Part shown: piece by piece, positions 1 to 22,387 of the stretch
Layout of the letters: every line of letters begins with the position of its first letter
Numbering within the stretch: position 1 is the stretch's first letter
From: Amoebidium appalachense
Lineage: Eukaryota > Protista > Ichthyosporea
Assembly: GCA_963693365.1 (NCBI GenBank)
Contig: CAVNZM010000006.1
Span: 496,001 to 560,000 of the forward strand
Direction: 5' to 3'
Length of the DNA: 64,000 nucleotides
The notes under the pieces: model-generated
Databases searched by the model: none
What the model saw: only the letters and a program-made list of their open reading frames with translations
What the model was told of the DNA's origin: nothing
Made by a program: the position numbers and the translations under genes

Positions 1-45
1 GCATTGCTGCAGCACCCATCCACCCACACTGACGTGCACACACAG

Positions 46-9277
<9,232 letters not shown>

Positions 9278-9559
9278 GATGCGGTGCCGTGGGTCAGCCC
9301 AGCAGCAAGATACTTCACTGCAAGCTGCTGTGTGATTCTTGGGATCGGCAGACAGGCTGGGACCGTGTACATACTATAGCTGTATTGTGGCGGATAAGTT
9401 TACCATCTGTGGACACGGAGGGAGAAGGAGGAAAAAGGCCGGGGGGGGGGTTATAGGGTACGAGGTACACATGCATAACGATCCAGCACGATGCAGAATG
9501 CAAACCACACAGTATGCCTAATAAGCAGAGCCTACGGGAGTTTTGTTTGGTGTGTGTGT

Positions 9560-9605
<46 letters not shown>

Positions 9606-10469
9606 TGCACGTATGACTTCCAAGTGTATATTAATTAGTTGGAGGCTATTCAAGTGCATACAGTAGTGGACATAGGCAATATTGTAGGGCATATGTAGTG
9701 TATAAATAATACGTTTGGTCTGCATTTTATAGTTATAATAGGGTATTTACCATGTATCATGTTCGGGTAGTGTTGTGGTCCGGCGATGTTGGTATTTGTA
9801 TAAGGCCATGGTTGGCATGTATGTGTGTGTATAGATGTATGTATACCTAGTGAGTATCGAAGTGGTCGTATGTATGGGCTTGTGTAGAATGCTCGTGCAG
9901 GGGTCATGGGCAAGGATATTAAAGTCCCTTCACAAATAATAATGTAGTTTCACCTGAGTCTGACATGTCAAAAGCTCGCAGTACGTGTATCATCCTGGTG
10001 GATAATGGTGCGTGCCAGCTCCCGGGAGAAAATTATATATAAAAATTATATCCCCCCCCCCCCCCCCCCCCCCCCCCGCACACGAACACACATACACACA
10101 CACACACACACATACACATACACGTTAAGTATGTACGCGCGAAGGAAACAAACGCAAGAGGCATCGAAGGTTCCCCCCTCAACACCCACAAATGCATAGG
10201 CCCTGAACCTGACCACAGTTTTTGCCCACTGCCAGAGCTCTTGCCTGAAGGGCATTTCCGAATGCTGGATTTCGCAATTAGCGACCCATAAAATGTAATT
10301 GGCGTTTTTATACAACATACATAAGCCAGCCAGGAGAGGATTTACTAGGGTAGGCAGTTCCTGATTGTTCAAGAGACATGTCAAGTCGACATGCGCATCT
10401 GGTGGCATGCGCAAGTATGCCTCTCCCCCCCCCCCCCCCCCCCCCCGGGCTCTACACACACACACTGTG

Positions 10470-10524
<55 letters not shown>

Positions 10525-10566
10525 AACGCACACACAGTCACACACATGTGCGCGCACACACACACG

Positions 10567-10622
<56 letters not shown>

Positions 10623-10625
10623 GCA

Positions 10626-10657
<32 letters not shown>

Positions 10658-10891
10658 CAAACAGGCGTGCACACAAACACAGAAAAAAAGACCGTAAGCC
10701 GTTGGCAGCCACATGCGTGCACGCGCTACATGTACATCGATTCAGAGACTCTATGCATGGGCTCTGCCACCTACTGAGATGGCTCCTTATTTTTCCTTAC
10801 ACATTCAGCGAACACTGGACTCTATCGAACCGTCGAGGCGCCGCGACAGAAAGCATGCACGCGGTCGCGAGAGTGTAAGGAAAAATCGCCT

Positions 10892-10997
10892 GCAGCGAAC
10901 GTAAAGTTCATCGCAGCGCGTGCACACCGTCAGTACGTGTGAGGCAGCGAACGTAAAGTTCATCGCAGCGCGTGCACACCGTTAGTACGTGTGAGGC
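10892..10997. repeat. 52-bp tandem duplication (2 copies)
   Basis: gcagcgaacgtaaagttcatcgcagcgcgtgcacaccgt(c/t)agtacgtgtgag starts at 10892 and again at 10944; one mismatch. Confidence 0.9.
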
Positions 10998-11740
10998 ATG
11001 GGCTCGCACTGCACAGCCCAGTCCTGAACTTATTCCAAGTGGGCATGGCACCCACCAAACACTGCCTAACACTGTGGTGAAGGATAAGGCGCTATCAAAT
11101 ATTTATCAAAACATAAAAAAATCCACACGCTCACACATTTGCGGGAAAGAGACACAGCACTGCATCAGTACATGGTGGACGCGCATGTACTTTGTGCACA
11201 TCATGAGGCCTGATGTCAATTATGGTCCAGACACGGACCAAAATCCAGGCATATATTTGAGAACCATTTGGTGCCTCCTCGCACACATTGCACCCTCGTG
11301 TGTGTGCATATCGCTTTCTGAGTCTCCAGGTGGATGGATGATTGACCGTGGTATTGCAAACCCATGGCCATGCTCATTGCGCTCCCAATATGCTCTGACT
11401 GCAACCTGTATGCATGGCCGTGCTCAAGTGGAAGCTTGGGCCCACGACCAACGGCAAATCCAACGTACAACCTCCATGCAGGGCATTACATCATAAACAT
11501 TAGCAGGCCTGCCGGTTGAAACATAAGTTTTATGCTATGAAGTAGGCCCCTAGCAACGGTGGGCTATAGGAAAACTATTTGCGTGGGGTATGTCCCGAGA
11601 TATGCCGCGAAAAACGAAGATAATCTGGCCATTGATAGACCATTAAAAAAGCGGTGCGTGGATGGCCAATCAGCAGTGCGGACCTAAATGTAGAAACGGC
11701 ATTTTGGAACGCCAGGTGCCGGGCTTGTATTGGCTTAGAG

Positions 11741-11968
11741 CAAGCCCGAAAATTCAGACCTTTTTTCTCGGTATTTTTTCAAGCCCCGGTGTATTTTCGT
11801 CCGGGGGGTATGGTATTTTTCTTCCCAAGTCAATGGAGGATAAAGGAGGGGTCCTACTGTAACTTACCATGAAACTTGCGGGGGCTTACCATAAACTGAA
11901 ATTTTGATGGTATTTTTGAAAACTTTTGGGTATTTTTTACCGTAAAAACGGGGTTATGGTCGGGCTTG
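11741..11968. mobile_element. 228-bp MITE, hAT-like
   Basis: TIR CAAGCCCGA (11741-11749) / TCGGGCTTG (11960-11968). Perfect 8-bp TSD GCTTAGAG at 11733-11740 and 11969-11976. Internal repeated ggtatttt motifs. CA..TG ends with an 8-bp TSD are typical of hAT. Confidence 0.85.
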
Positions 11969-12249
11969 GCTTAGAGGCCGAACTTGATCGATAGTGAGCC
12001 TGTTTATATACATTTTCGCTGTTGATTTTTTAGCTAGCTGTACAGCTCCTGCATAAAAGTGGGTATCTATTTCTAATCAAATCAAAAAATTCTAAATTTT
12101 GGTTGTGGGCACAGTCTCTTTATTTTACTGCTTCTGTAGGCGTGCAAAAAATTACCCCAAGAGTTAGACTCTGTTAGAGACCGTTGCAACGTTAGATTCA
12201 AGAATGTTTGTTGATAGGTTGAATATCACGCAACATAAGGCTAAGCCAC

Positions 12250-12360
12250 TAAGAACCAATCATGCTGGCGTTTGACAGGATCTAATGATTGTTCAATCAA
12301 ATCGCGGTATCTGGTTTAGGCGCCCACTTCAACCATTTTCAATTTTCGCGCTCTCGTGAC
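12250..12360 (+). promoter_or_regulatory. Putative Cdc25 promoter with CCAAT box and E2F-like site
   Basis: CCAAT near 12256 and TTTTCGCGC at 12343-12351, in repeat-free DNA upstream of Cdc25. Motif match only. Confidence 0.35.
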
Positions 12361-12992
12361 CAGTATGTAACATCGTGCACAAAAAGCAGGGGCCGGCCAG
12401 GCTTTGTGTGGTTTACGAACATTCTTGTTGTGTGTGTTTTGTATGTTTTCGTTGTTTTTTAGGTGTGCTTGTAAGTGCGTATTTTAGTTGTTTTTTTTTT
12501 TGCTTCCTGTATCTCTGTGCATTTCCTAAGCGCGCAAAGTGTAGTATTTGTTGCAGTAATGCTAGTTGACACACAACACGTGTTTTTCGTTACACACCTG
12601 TTACTTTTGGAAAGAACAACGTTGAAGAACGAAAGGTATTTCTTTTCACAAGTGAAACGGCACATACATCATAGAGCGATAAACCACATTGAATGTGCGC
12701 TATAGAGGCATTATTAAGCCATACGTAATAGGGTTCATGGGAGATATGGAGTAGGGACGAGACAACAACAAACGACTTCACAACTGGCAGACTGACTAAC
12801 ACGCGGTAAGAGCCTGCGCCCTTTTTACGGTACATGGTCTTTATGATTGAATTTATGCTATTGAATCACCTACAAGATATCTAGCTACAATACGCACACA
12901 TATTTTCTTACAGACACACCGGTTGTTCACAAGTGGGCGTGTACACGTGTTAAGCATGGAGGGGCCACTCATGAAAGTACTGTGTGCAGAGC

Positions 12993-13144
12993 ATGGAGCC
13001 AGATTTCAGCGACATATGCCTCGAGGGCATTCTCACGCCCGTCGGCAAAAAGCCCCTTTGGTGGCTAGACGATACTTCGAGTAATGGATCATCACAAAGG
13101 TAGGTGTGCACGTGTGTGGGAGAGATAGCAGTGTAACGATTTCG

Positions 13145-13180
<36 letters not shown>

Positions 13181-13578
13181 GGGCAAGATAAGACGAGGTC
13201 TAGATTGTATTGTGATAAGGCGAGGTCTAAATTGCAGTGTGATCTGAGTGTTATGTCGTAGAGGCTATAGGGTAACTTGTGTCGCAATTATTTGACTTGA
13301 GTCTCCAACTCAACTGCAATGTCAAACAAAACGTGCTGTGTGAGCAAGTGGTTTGGTCTGTTTGCTCGTGTCTATTCTTTACAGGACTTGGCTCTGGCGC
13401 ACATGTAGTAGCAGACACGCGTAGGTGCAGCGAACTTTTGCACCCACACAAACTCAACAGACACAAGCAACTGATGCGCGCGCACATTCTCCCTCTCTCA
13501 CTTCACACACATACATGCACACACACGGCAAATATGCACTACCCTTTAAGGCTTTACCTCCCGCCCTCTCCCCAACAA

Positions 13579-13626
<48 letters not shown>

Positions 13627-13818
13627 AGGAAATCGTCATGTGCCCGGCGGCTCAGCCTGAGCTCTACCGAGTCAAGCCCTGCCCCGTGCCACAGAAAACC
13701 GCTGGGGCTGAACCCTTCAGACCCGAACCTCACCAACAGACCCTTCGGCCGCCTCCCCCAAACAGACAAGGTTTGGCATCCTCCCTCCCACCCCATCATA
13801 TCATCACCACAGTTCTTG

Positions 13819-13849
<31 letters not shown>

Positions 13850-14093
13850 CCCTCATCAACTTCTCTTTTCTTCTGCCGGTTATCCAACTCCGTAGTTTTT
13901 TTTTAAGCTTTGCAGTATCGTGTCGTTACACGTGGGTGCATCGATCGAAGCATCCCTAGCCACGCAATAACCTATTTGAGTCCAACCTTTGTGCTATTGC
14001 TGGGCCGTTTCTATCACTCGGTTTACCTCCTCCTCTCCTTTAGTTGGCTCTCATGCGGGTCTTCCTCTTTTGTCACCAGTTTCCTGGATCAAC

Positions 14094-14140
<47 letters not shown>

Positions 14141-15066
14141 AAAAAAAAAAAAAAAAAACGAAAAAAACGAAAAAATGAGTGAATAAAAGGGGAGATAAAG
14201 AAACAAAGCAGAACACACATGAGCCGAAAGACAGGAAGGAGGAAGCAGAAAAGAAAACAACACCAAATCACCCACGGGAACCAACCATCATAAGAGACCA
14301 AGGGCCAGAAACGTAATCCAAAATACCGGCTCATTGCCACCCCGTACATGTGCCTGTGTCTAATTGTTATAAACGTTGCAGGCGTGTGGTACGGCCAACA
14401 ACCATGACCGGATACAAATGACCCCACGGTACTACTCTCACCCCCCTTGTAGCGGTAGGGAATTGATTTCTTGTGGTCATGCCTTGCCGTTTGAGGAGCG
14501 AGATTCATACAACACGACTCTGGTCTCCTCGTTTTTTTTTGTTTTTGTTTTTTTTGTTTTTTTTTGCCCCATCACCACTCCTTCATTCCCTCACTCCCTC
14601 CGTAATCAAAAAGGAAATGAGGCAAGAATTCATTCCATTCATCCCTCCGTCATTTCCGTGTGCATGCTTTATTGGTATCGTGTTCGTTTGGGTTAAAACG
14701 AATGTGTTTTAGGTGCTTTTGCCCACTCAAACGTATTGTGCAGGACGCGACTTGCCGGTGCACTTGAAGGACTCAGACTCTACGCACAGCAAAAGGGGGA
14801 GAGTGACGTCACACAGGTGGGTGGTGGGGTGTGCTGTGTGGGACAGCGACAAACGAGCTTTTCTCTCTTCCCTAATTTCTTTCTTTTCTTGGGGGGAAGG
14901 AAGGGGGGGGGGGGGGGGGGTGAGGTTAGCCTTGGCCCATGTTAGGGCATTGAGCCAACCCAACTTACTGGATGACTAGGGATGAAGGTGGTGTGCTCAG
15001 TTCCTTGCTCATTGCTCAATCTCGAAACTACCCCCCTCCTCCCCCCCCCCTCCCCCCCCCCCCCCC

Positions 15067-15098
<32 letters not shown>

Positions 15099-17363
15099 GA
15101 CAGACACAAACACAAAAAAAAAAGAAGAAGAAGTAGAAGTAGAAGAAAAAGAAGAAGAAAAAAGAAAGAGAGAAAAAAGAAAGAAAGAGAGAAACCAAAT
15201 CCAGACCCAAACCCAAGCCCCATCCACCCACCAACGCCGTTTTTTCTTGAACCCAGGAGGACAAAGAGAACCACACCCACACGCCTGCACAGTTCAAGAA
15301 GCAACACAGTGATGGGCTCATGCATTCAGCAAAGGAGGGCAGTGGGGCCAACGATAAGAGACACGGTCTGATGCGCCACAGGTCACAGCCCTATATACGG
15401 CCCAAAAGGGAAGAAACACAAAAGGACGTATTCAAGGCACCCCTGCCCATAGCACCCTCAAACCAAACCCAACAGCAGCATTCGGCAAGCCCCCAGCCTA
15501 TGGTTTTCTCTCTAGATGATGGTGGGTGCTTGGTCCTATACCCTCTCCCACTCCCTTCCCCAACAACAAGCACACACGTGCGTGCACACGCGCACACCAC
15601 AACCACACACACACACACACACACACACCACGAGCGCATGATGGCAGGCTGTGCCTTACCTTGTGAGCCTATAAATAGAACGGCAGTAGAAAAACATCCG
15701 GTTGAAAGAAATGTCGGGTGAACAGGGTGTCACTGGTGGCTCTTGTGTCTTTTCCGGGGGGGGGGGAGGGGTGAGGGGAGGGAGGGGGGGGGGTTATGCA
15801 TGCTTCTTTTGCACTCCTCCATCCTTGGGTACACCAACGTAACACACACACCCATCTCCACCTTTCTCCCTTGGGGTCGAAGTTGTTTGTTTCTCTCGAG
15901 CAGTTTGGTCGGAAGTGTGACGGTGTGTATGACTTCACCCCTCTGAGCTCTCTGCAATCGACGTACTGCACCGTATCGTTTTTGAATTTGCTCTCCTTAC
16001 CGAACATCAGCTTAGCATTATCTTAACCATGGCCCCTCTCCCCCCATAAGATGTGCATGCCGCCAGCCTACCCGACAACATTGAGCCCCCACCCACGCAC
16101 ATGGCCACCACCCCAACCATCCTGCCCACTGTGCCTGGTGACGGTTCACACAGCTACATCACACCACGGACGGTGAGCCTATGGTCCTTATAACCCCTCC
16201 TACTGCTAAAAACACGTGCACACACAACCGTACATGCACACAAACATGCAGGTGCGCACGTGCACGCTTTTTTTTTGTTGTTGTTGTTTTTTGTTGTTGT
16301 TGTTGTTGTTGTTCTTTCAATGCTACAAGCACGTTTGCTGGCCATAACAGAGACCTATGCGATGTTACATATGGACCACAACCACAATGAAAATCCTGAA
16401 CAAATATGACTTGACTGCGCGCAAACACGTTCACTTACAATGGGGGTTGCAAGTGAAAGAGAACCGGGGAAGGGAGTAGGATAGGGTTCTGCCGTTTGTC
16501 CAGTGAATTTCGTGCAAGGCTAGTTCTAAATGTCCCGTTCCCCAGCTTGTGCGACTACTTGGCGGCGAATACAAAGACAAGTTCTCGGCCGTCTATGTGT
16601 TTGATGCCCGCTATCCCTATGAGTACCAAGGTGGGTCAATGCCCCTAAATGCCTCCTAGGCACTTATACCCCTCCAGGTAGTACACCTCGTTTTCTGTAT
16701 ATCACCCACTTGTAGATAATATCTGCTAGATAGACCAATGTGGATATAACCAGCTAGATGCTTCCTTATATAGACATAAATCGCTAGTTACATATTTGCA
16801 AATAGTGCAGAAAATTCGTGTCGTATACCCCTACATGGGCACATGCTGACGCTTGTCTAGGGGGCCACATCTGCGGGGCCATCAACGTGTACGAGGGCTC
16901 CGTGTTTGACCGGCACATAGCAGCCATCCGCAGCACCCACATGCGCCACAGTGCCCTGCCCGTGTGCATCGTCCTGCACTGCGAGTTTTCACAAATACGC
17001 GGCCCCCGCATGTAAATATCCCCCCCCCCCCCTCCTCCTCACTCCACCCCACCCAACCCCCTTGTATAAACCCACCACGCAACACTTCTGCATTCTTCTT
17101 GATGCTACTGCCTTTACCTACGCGGAAAAACACAGGCCCATCTTTGGCAGTTGCACTTTCATGGGGGGGGGAAAGCAAGCAGGTAGAATCACAACCTCTG
17201 CCGATTGGTGCACACACACACACACCTGGCTGATGATTGGTGCAGGTTTGAGCGACTACGGGAGCAGGACCGCAAAGAAAACATCCACCGCTACCCACAG
17301 CTCAGTTTCCCGGAGCTGTACGTGCTCAAGGGGGGGTACTGCCAGTTCTTCGAGGAGATGAAG

Positions 17364-17440
<77 letters not shown>

Positions 17441-18481
17441 GTGTCAGGCAGGATGTTGGTGCTTTGCTTTTAGGGGTTTCTTATGTGGCTTTTGGCAAGC
17501 AATATCCCACTGGGCCTGGGCTTGATTTACTGTAGCTGGCTCCTGTTTGAGTGCACAAGCTCGGGGTTCTGAGGGGATTGCCAATCGGCTAAGGCAGTTA
17601 ACATTTTATTGTCATGCAGGAGTATTGCCAGCCTCAGTGCTATGTCAAAATGAGGGACAAACAGTTCATCGAACAGTATTCCGAGCACAGGTAGGTTATA
17701 TCCCCCCCCCCCCCCCCCCCCCCACCCACCCACCCACCCACCCACCCACCCACCCACCCACAAAAACAAAATGTGCACTCACCAGATCACAGTGCTCAAG
17801 GCCTTAACTTTTGTGGTGCCACAGTGCAAACGACGTAATTCCAACTATCCCTGCCCTATCTTGCATCCTGTGCTCACTTATCCCCCATAGTGCATGCAGT
17901 ACCTAACCCATTCAACCCCAGGCACAAGCTCAAGCGCTATGCCTCGTGGAATGGCACCGGCACCTCCGACCGAAGCAACCGAACTCTCCGATCAGTCAGT
18001 TCACAGGTAAGCCTCCCCCCCCCCCCCCCCCCCCCCCCCCCTTCCACCCACCAACCCATCCCACGCGTTAAAGAAAAGACAACCACAAACACGTTCACTC
18101 ACATGCACACGGGCACGAGCATCATGGGCCCACGTACGGACACACAAACACAGAAAACCATCAAATGATATGTTATGTGGGGGCCAAACGAAGATGAAAC
18201 ACCCACTAACCCCTCCTCCTTCTTCTCCCCCCCCCCCCCCCCCCCCCCCTCCCCCTTCAAAAAAAACAAAAACAAAAAAAAAACAGCCAATCGACAGCGA
18301 TTCACCCAGCTGTCGTGCCTCCGACCTCTTTGGCGACCGCCGGCCTGCCCGACTGCTCAAATCAAACTCGGCACCGGCAGCTCTAGGGTGCAGCCCAAAA
18401 TCGAAGGGGATAGGCAGCTGCTCGTCTGATCTTGCGGAGGCACTGATGTCGGATGAAGAACATGGCATGGATATGGTGTAG
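12993..18481 (+). CDS. CDC25: M-phase inducer phosphatase Cdc25 (rhodanese fold) with N-terminal regulatory region
   Basis: Exons: 12993-13099, 13629-13770, 14382-14428, 14744-14816, 15257-15521, 16051-16172, 16546-16630, 16861-17011, 17246-~17363, 17620-17690, 17922-18006, 18287-18481. Motifs: [19 protein letters not shown], catalytic [10 protein letters not shown] (HCx5R), [28 protein letters not shown]; KEN box (DKEN). N-terminal exons are less certain than the catalytic ones. Confidence 0.92.
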
Positions 18482-19639
18482 GATGCATGAAACTGTGCAC
18501 ATACACACACAGTATCACACACGCACACGCACACATGTCATATCAAGCTATACACACACAGACACACACACACTGAAACACTTACACATGCACACACACC
18601 TTCTCGCTCACTCTCTGGCTTACCAATCCCCAATCACACAGAATGCACACAAAGACGCAGAGCCGCCTATGTGCTGCAAAGACGGCACGAAAGTTGAAAC
18701 GAATGCCAAAAGTGACAGTGTTTATGCTTCCAGACGTAACCGTACCACACATAGTTGGGCTGAAGCACACACAACATGCATGTGCAAGCAGACACACAGG
18801 TAGAAAGATGGCATCCACACTTACACACCCGTGACTCCACACCACGAAAGGCTCTTAATATTAGATGCATTTCAAACATTACTGATTCGGAATCAGAAAG
18901 TATACTGTTGGATTGTTTCACATACTGCACATACCGTAGCTCTGTGCCGAATGTGAGCTCTGGGTAACCAGTGAATTAAGTCTGAAACCGTGTACTGGTG
19001 TATGTAACATAACGTATGGCATTGTTTTTGAAGTGTTTGGCTTCAATATTTTTTGATTGGATTGGTATCACAACACTGTATGCATTGGCTGTTCGCCTAT
19101 TAGGCATTGTTGCTAGCGTGCACGATTTTACAATTTTATTGCACTACTGTGCAATTTTTATAATCTTATTTGCACCACGGGATTGGTGCATTAGCAGGGC
19201 ACGATGCCCATGGCTGGTTGGGCCAGCCACTAAAGAGCCTGTGTTCAATGTGACGTAGGCAACAGTGTTGTTTATAAATAAAGTGGAAATGACCATAAAT
19301 GGAAGTGATGAAAATGGCAACCCCCCCCCCCCCCCCCCCCCCCCCCCGCGGCCCACGGCCGTCTCGAAACTTTTTTTATCTTTATATTTTTGGTAACCCC
19401 CTTACATTTTGGTAGCATCATTTCCATGGAGGGCCGTGCCCCCCCCCCCCCCCCGGGGCCCGAACCTCACCTAGCTAGCAGATGGCGGATGCATACTGCA
19501 GCTGCTCACTACGTGCACCTGTCGCATGGTCAGGACGTGCTGATCACTGTGCGGGGGAAGAAACTTCGAATTCTTCCACACACGTGCACCACCGTCGGAG
19601 GGTCCAAGGTGAAATTCAAGGGAACACCCAACCACATAT

Positions 19640-19993
19640 GCATTGGCAGAATCAACGAGGCTCCGAGAAGAATTGTAATTCTGCAAGAACCGGAGTTATT
19701 CTGCTTTTAGTGAGTTATCATGAGCACGATCAGAATCGTTCTGCAAAAAGACATGATTGTATATATTACGCATTCTGTTTGAAGCAGAGTCATTCTGCTT
19801 TTATCAGGAGTTTTCGCAAAAAGCCGAATTGTTCTGGAGCTCGTGGCCATGGCAGAAGAACAAACTCGCTCCATGCAGAACTATTTCCATTGCTTTTAGC
19901 ATAATGATTTTGCTTTCTGCGGAAGCAAAATTCTGCTCGAAGCAAGATAATCTTGTTTTTGCAGATTCTTCCAGTGTGGTTCCATGGGACCTG
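19640..19993. repeat. Degenerate dispersed repeat rich in GCAGAA/ATTCTGC motifs (probable DNA-transposon remnant)
   Basis: Dense attctgc/gcagaa motifs in both orientations; the same texture recurs at ~28960-29160 and ~29830-30125. Confidence 0.5.
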
Positions 19994-20454
19994 CAATATA
20001 TATCCCCCTCGAGCTCCGGACCCCCCCCCCCCTTCCCCTCCCCCGTACCCCTTCCCCGATACCCGCCTCCAAAAAAAAAAAAAAAAAGGAAAGAAAGAAA
20101 GAAAGAACAGCTGTATGTGTTCTACTATGTGTTGCATACTGCCTATATCACGCTGGTAAGTTTAAATATAAGCTGCATACTTCATGACCTCCCCCCTCCG
20201 GGCCTTACCCAGCCTCCCAGTGGCACCTCTCTCCCTGTCGCATGCACGTGCATGCATGACATGGCAAACAACTGGGCACATAAACATGCACAGAAAGACA
20301 CACACACATGCACACACACGCACACACACGTCACAGTCTCAGACTGGGACGACACACACGCGTGTAGGGCGTGGAAAAGGCAGACATGGGGGACAGGCAC
20401 ACTCAAGACCACATACAGTGTCACACAGCTCACATGTACACACGTCTTTTCATG

Positions 20455-20504
<50 letters not shown>

Positions 20505-20771
20505 GCGCGCGCACACACACACACACACAAATTGTCGCACAACGCATGCACACACCTTGCCGTGCTTAGGCCAGCTTGCAGCTGCATATATTATTAGTCT
20601 ACAGACTGTGCACCTGGCCCAGTGTGCATGTATTGCCCTCTGCCTATATTTGCAGTTACATTCGTTACCTCGTCCTTATTCTTCCAATATAGATTATTGC
20701 ATTAGCTTTTGTGGGAGTATCTACAGCTAACTTTCATGCATTCAAGGTGGGCCAATGCCAAATCTTCTAAT

Positions 20772-20860
<89 letters not shown>

Positions 20861-21242
20861 CCCCCCCACCCACCCATATCTATACATACCCACACACACC
20901 AAATGCACACATAAGCCAGATTGCCGCCAATCAATGCCCACTAATGGCAAACAGCATACATCCCTCCACCACCATAAACGATCAAAACCATCTCAAACCT
21001 TGCCCACACACCTCGGAGCCTCCACCCCTCTACCCTCCCCCACTCCTCCCCACTCCCCCCCCCAAAAAAAGGGGGAGGAGGGGGGGGGGAGGGGGAAGGG
21101 GTGCAAAAAAAAAAAAAAAAGGTTCCTGCTACCAGTCCCACCGCGTAAACCGTAACCTGAACAGTAACATTCGTGGACTATCCCCGACCTTCGTTCCAAA
21201 ACCCCACGTGCCACTCATTCATTCAACACATCTACATCTAAT

Positions 21243-22341
21243 TCAGGGAGAAGGAGTCAGGCCGTGGGGCATGACCTGGCCCCATCTCTTGCGGTAGAAC
21301 TCCTTCAAAAAGGCCTGCTGCTTGCTGATCATCTGTGGTGTGGGGAACACAGTGTCGAAGAACCCTGCTGGCGGCCGTGCCAGCTGCTTGGGATTCCTAA
21401 AGAGGAGGAAAGGGAAGAGAGATGTCAGGACACTGCTATATATAAGTGCCATGCATGCCTGATACCATCAAATACATTAGGACGTTGATGTGTCATCATC
21501 CAAGCCCCGACCGGACGCCTGTCTGCTCCAAGAATTACAAGGCTGTGATATTGTGATGTCTGCTAGTGTGAATGCACAAATCGTTTCCCTACTACTGGGA
21601 CCATGCCCATAATGTGTAAATGCACACGTTTAATTCTCTGTATGCAACCACACCTTTTAAGGCAAGAAACACCCCAGGCAAGCACATACTTGTTGAAGTA
21701 GCTCTCTGGGCGTGGTGGTGTGCCGTGGTGGCTGTATGGTCGCTCCGTGTCGTATTCCCTGCGCAGCTCCAATATGCGCCTGTTGCAGGCCACATATGTC
21801 GTGCCCAGTTCAATCTCAAGGGGCAATGGCATCTTGCGCAACTGCCGCTTGCGCACATTTGGACTGCGTGGCCGAGCAGGTGGGTGCATGTGTGGCCTGG
21901 AGGGGCCTGGTGTCAGCACTCACGAGTCCAAAAGCATGCTCGCTAATCTTTCACAGGGGAAAAAAATAAAATAAAAAACACAACATGCATGTGCAAACCT
22001 ACACCAAAATTTTCAACACAGTAAGTCATGCATCCTAAAGCGCCTTGGTTCTCCTTCTTACATGAAAAAGAGGTGGTGTCTGTGCACGTAAGCACGTGTG
22101 TGCCTGTGTGTGTGTGTGTGTGCGTGCGCGCGTGCGCACATTTTTTTGGGGCGACGTGGGTGGGTGGGTTGGGGGGGAGGGGGTACTTTTTGTCTGCAGG
22201 GCCCAGTGGGGAGCACGAGCATGAGGCTGGTGACTGCTGCTGGGTGCGGCCATGTGATGTGGGGATGGGCTGGGCCACCTTCTGGGGAGGGCTGGGGGGT
22301 GGCAGTGGCAGATGCTCGGCAGGCACCATCACGGGCTGCAT

Positions 22342-22387
<46 letters not shown>

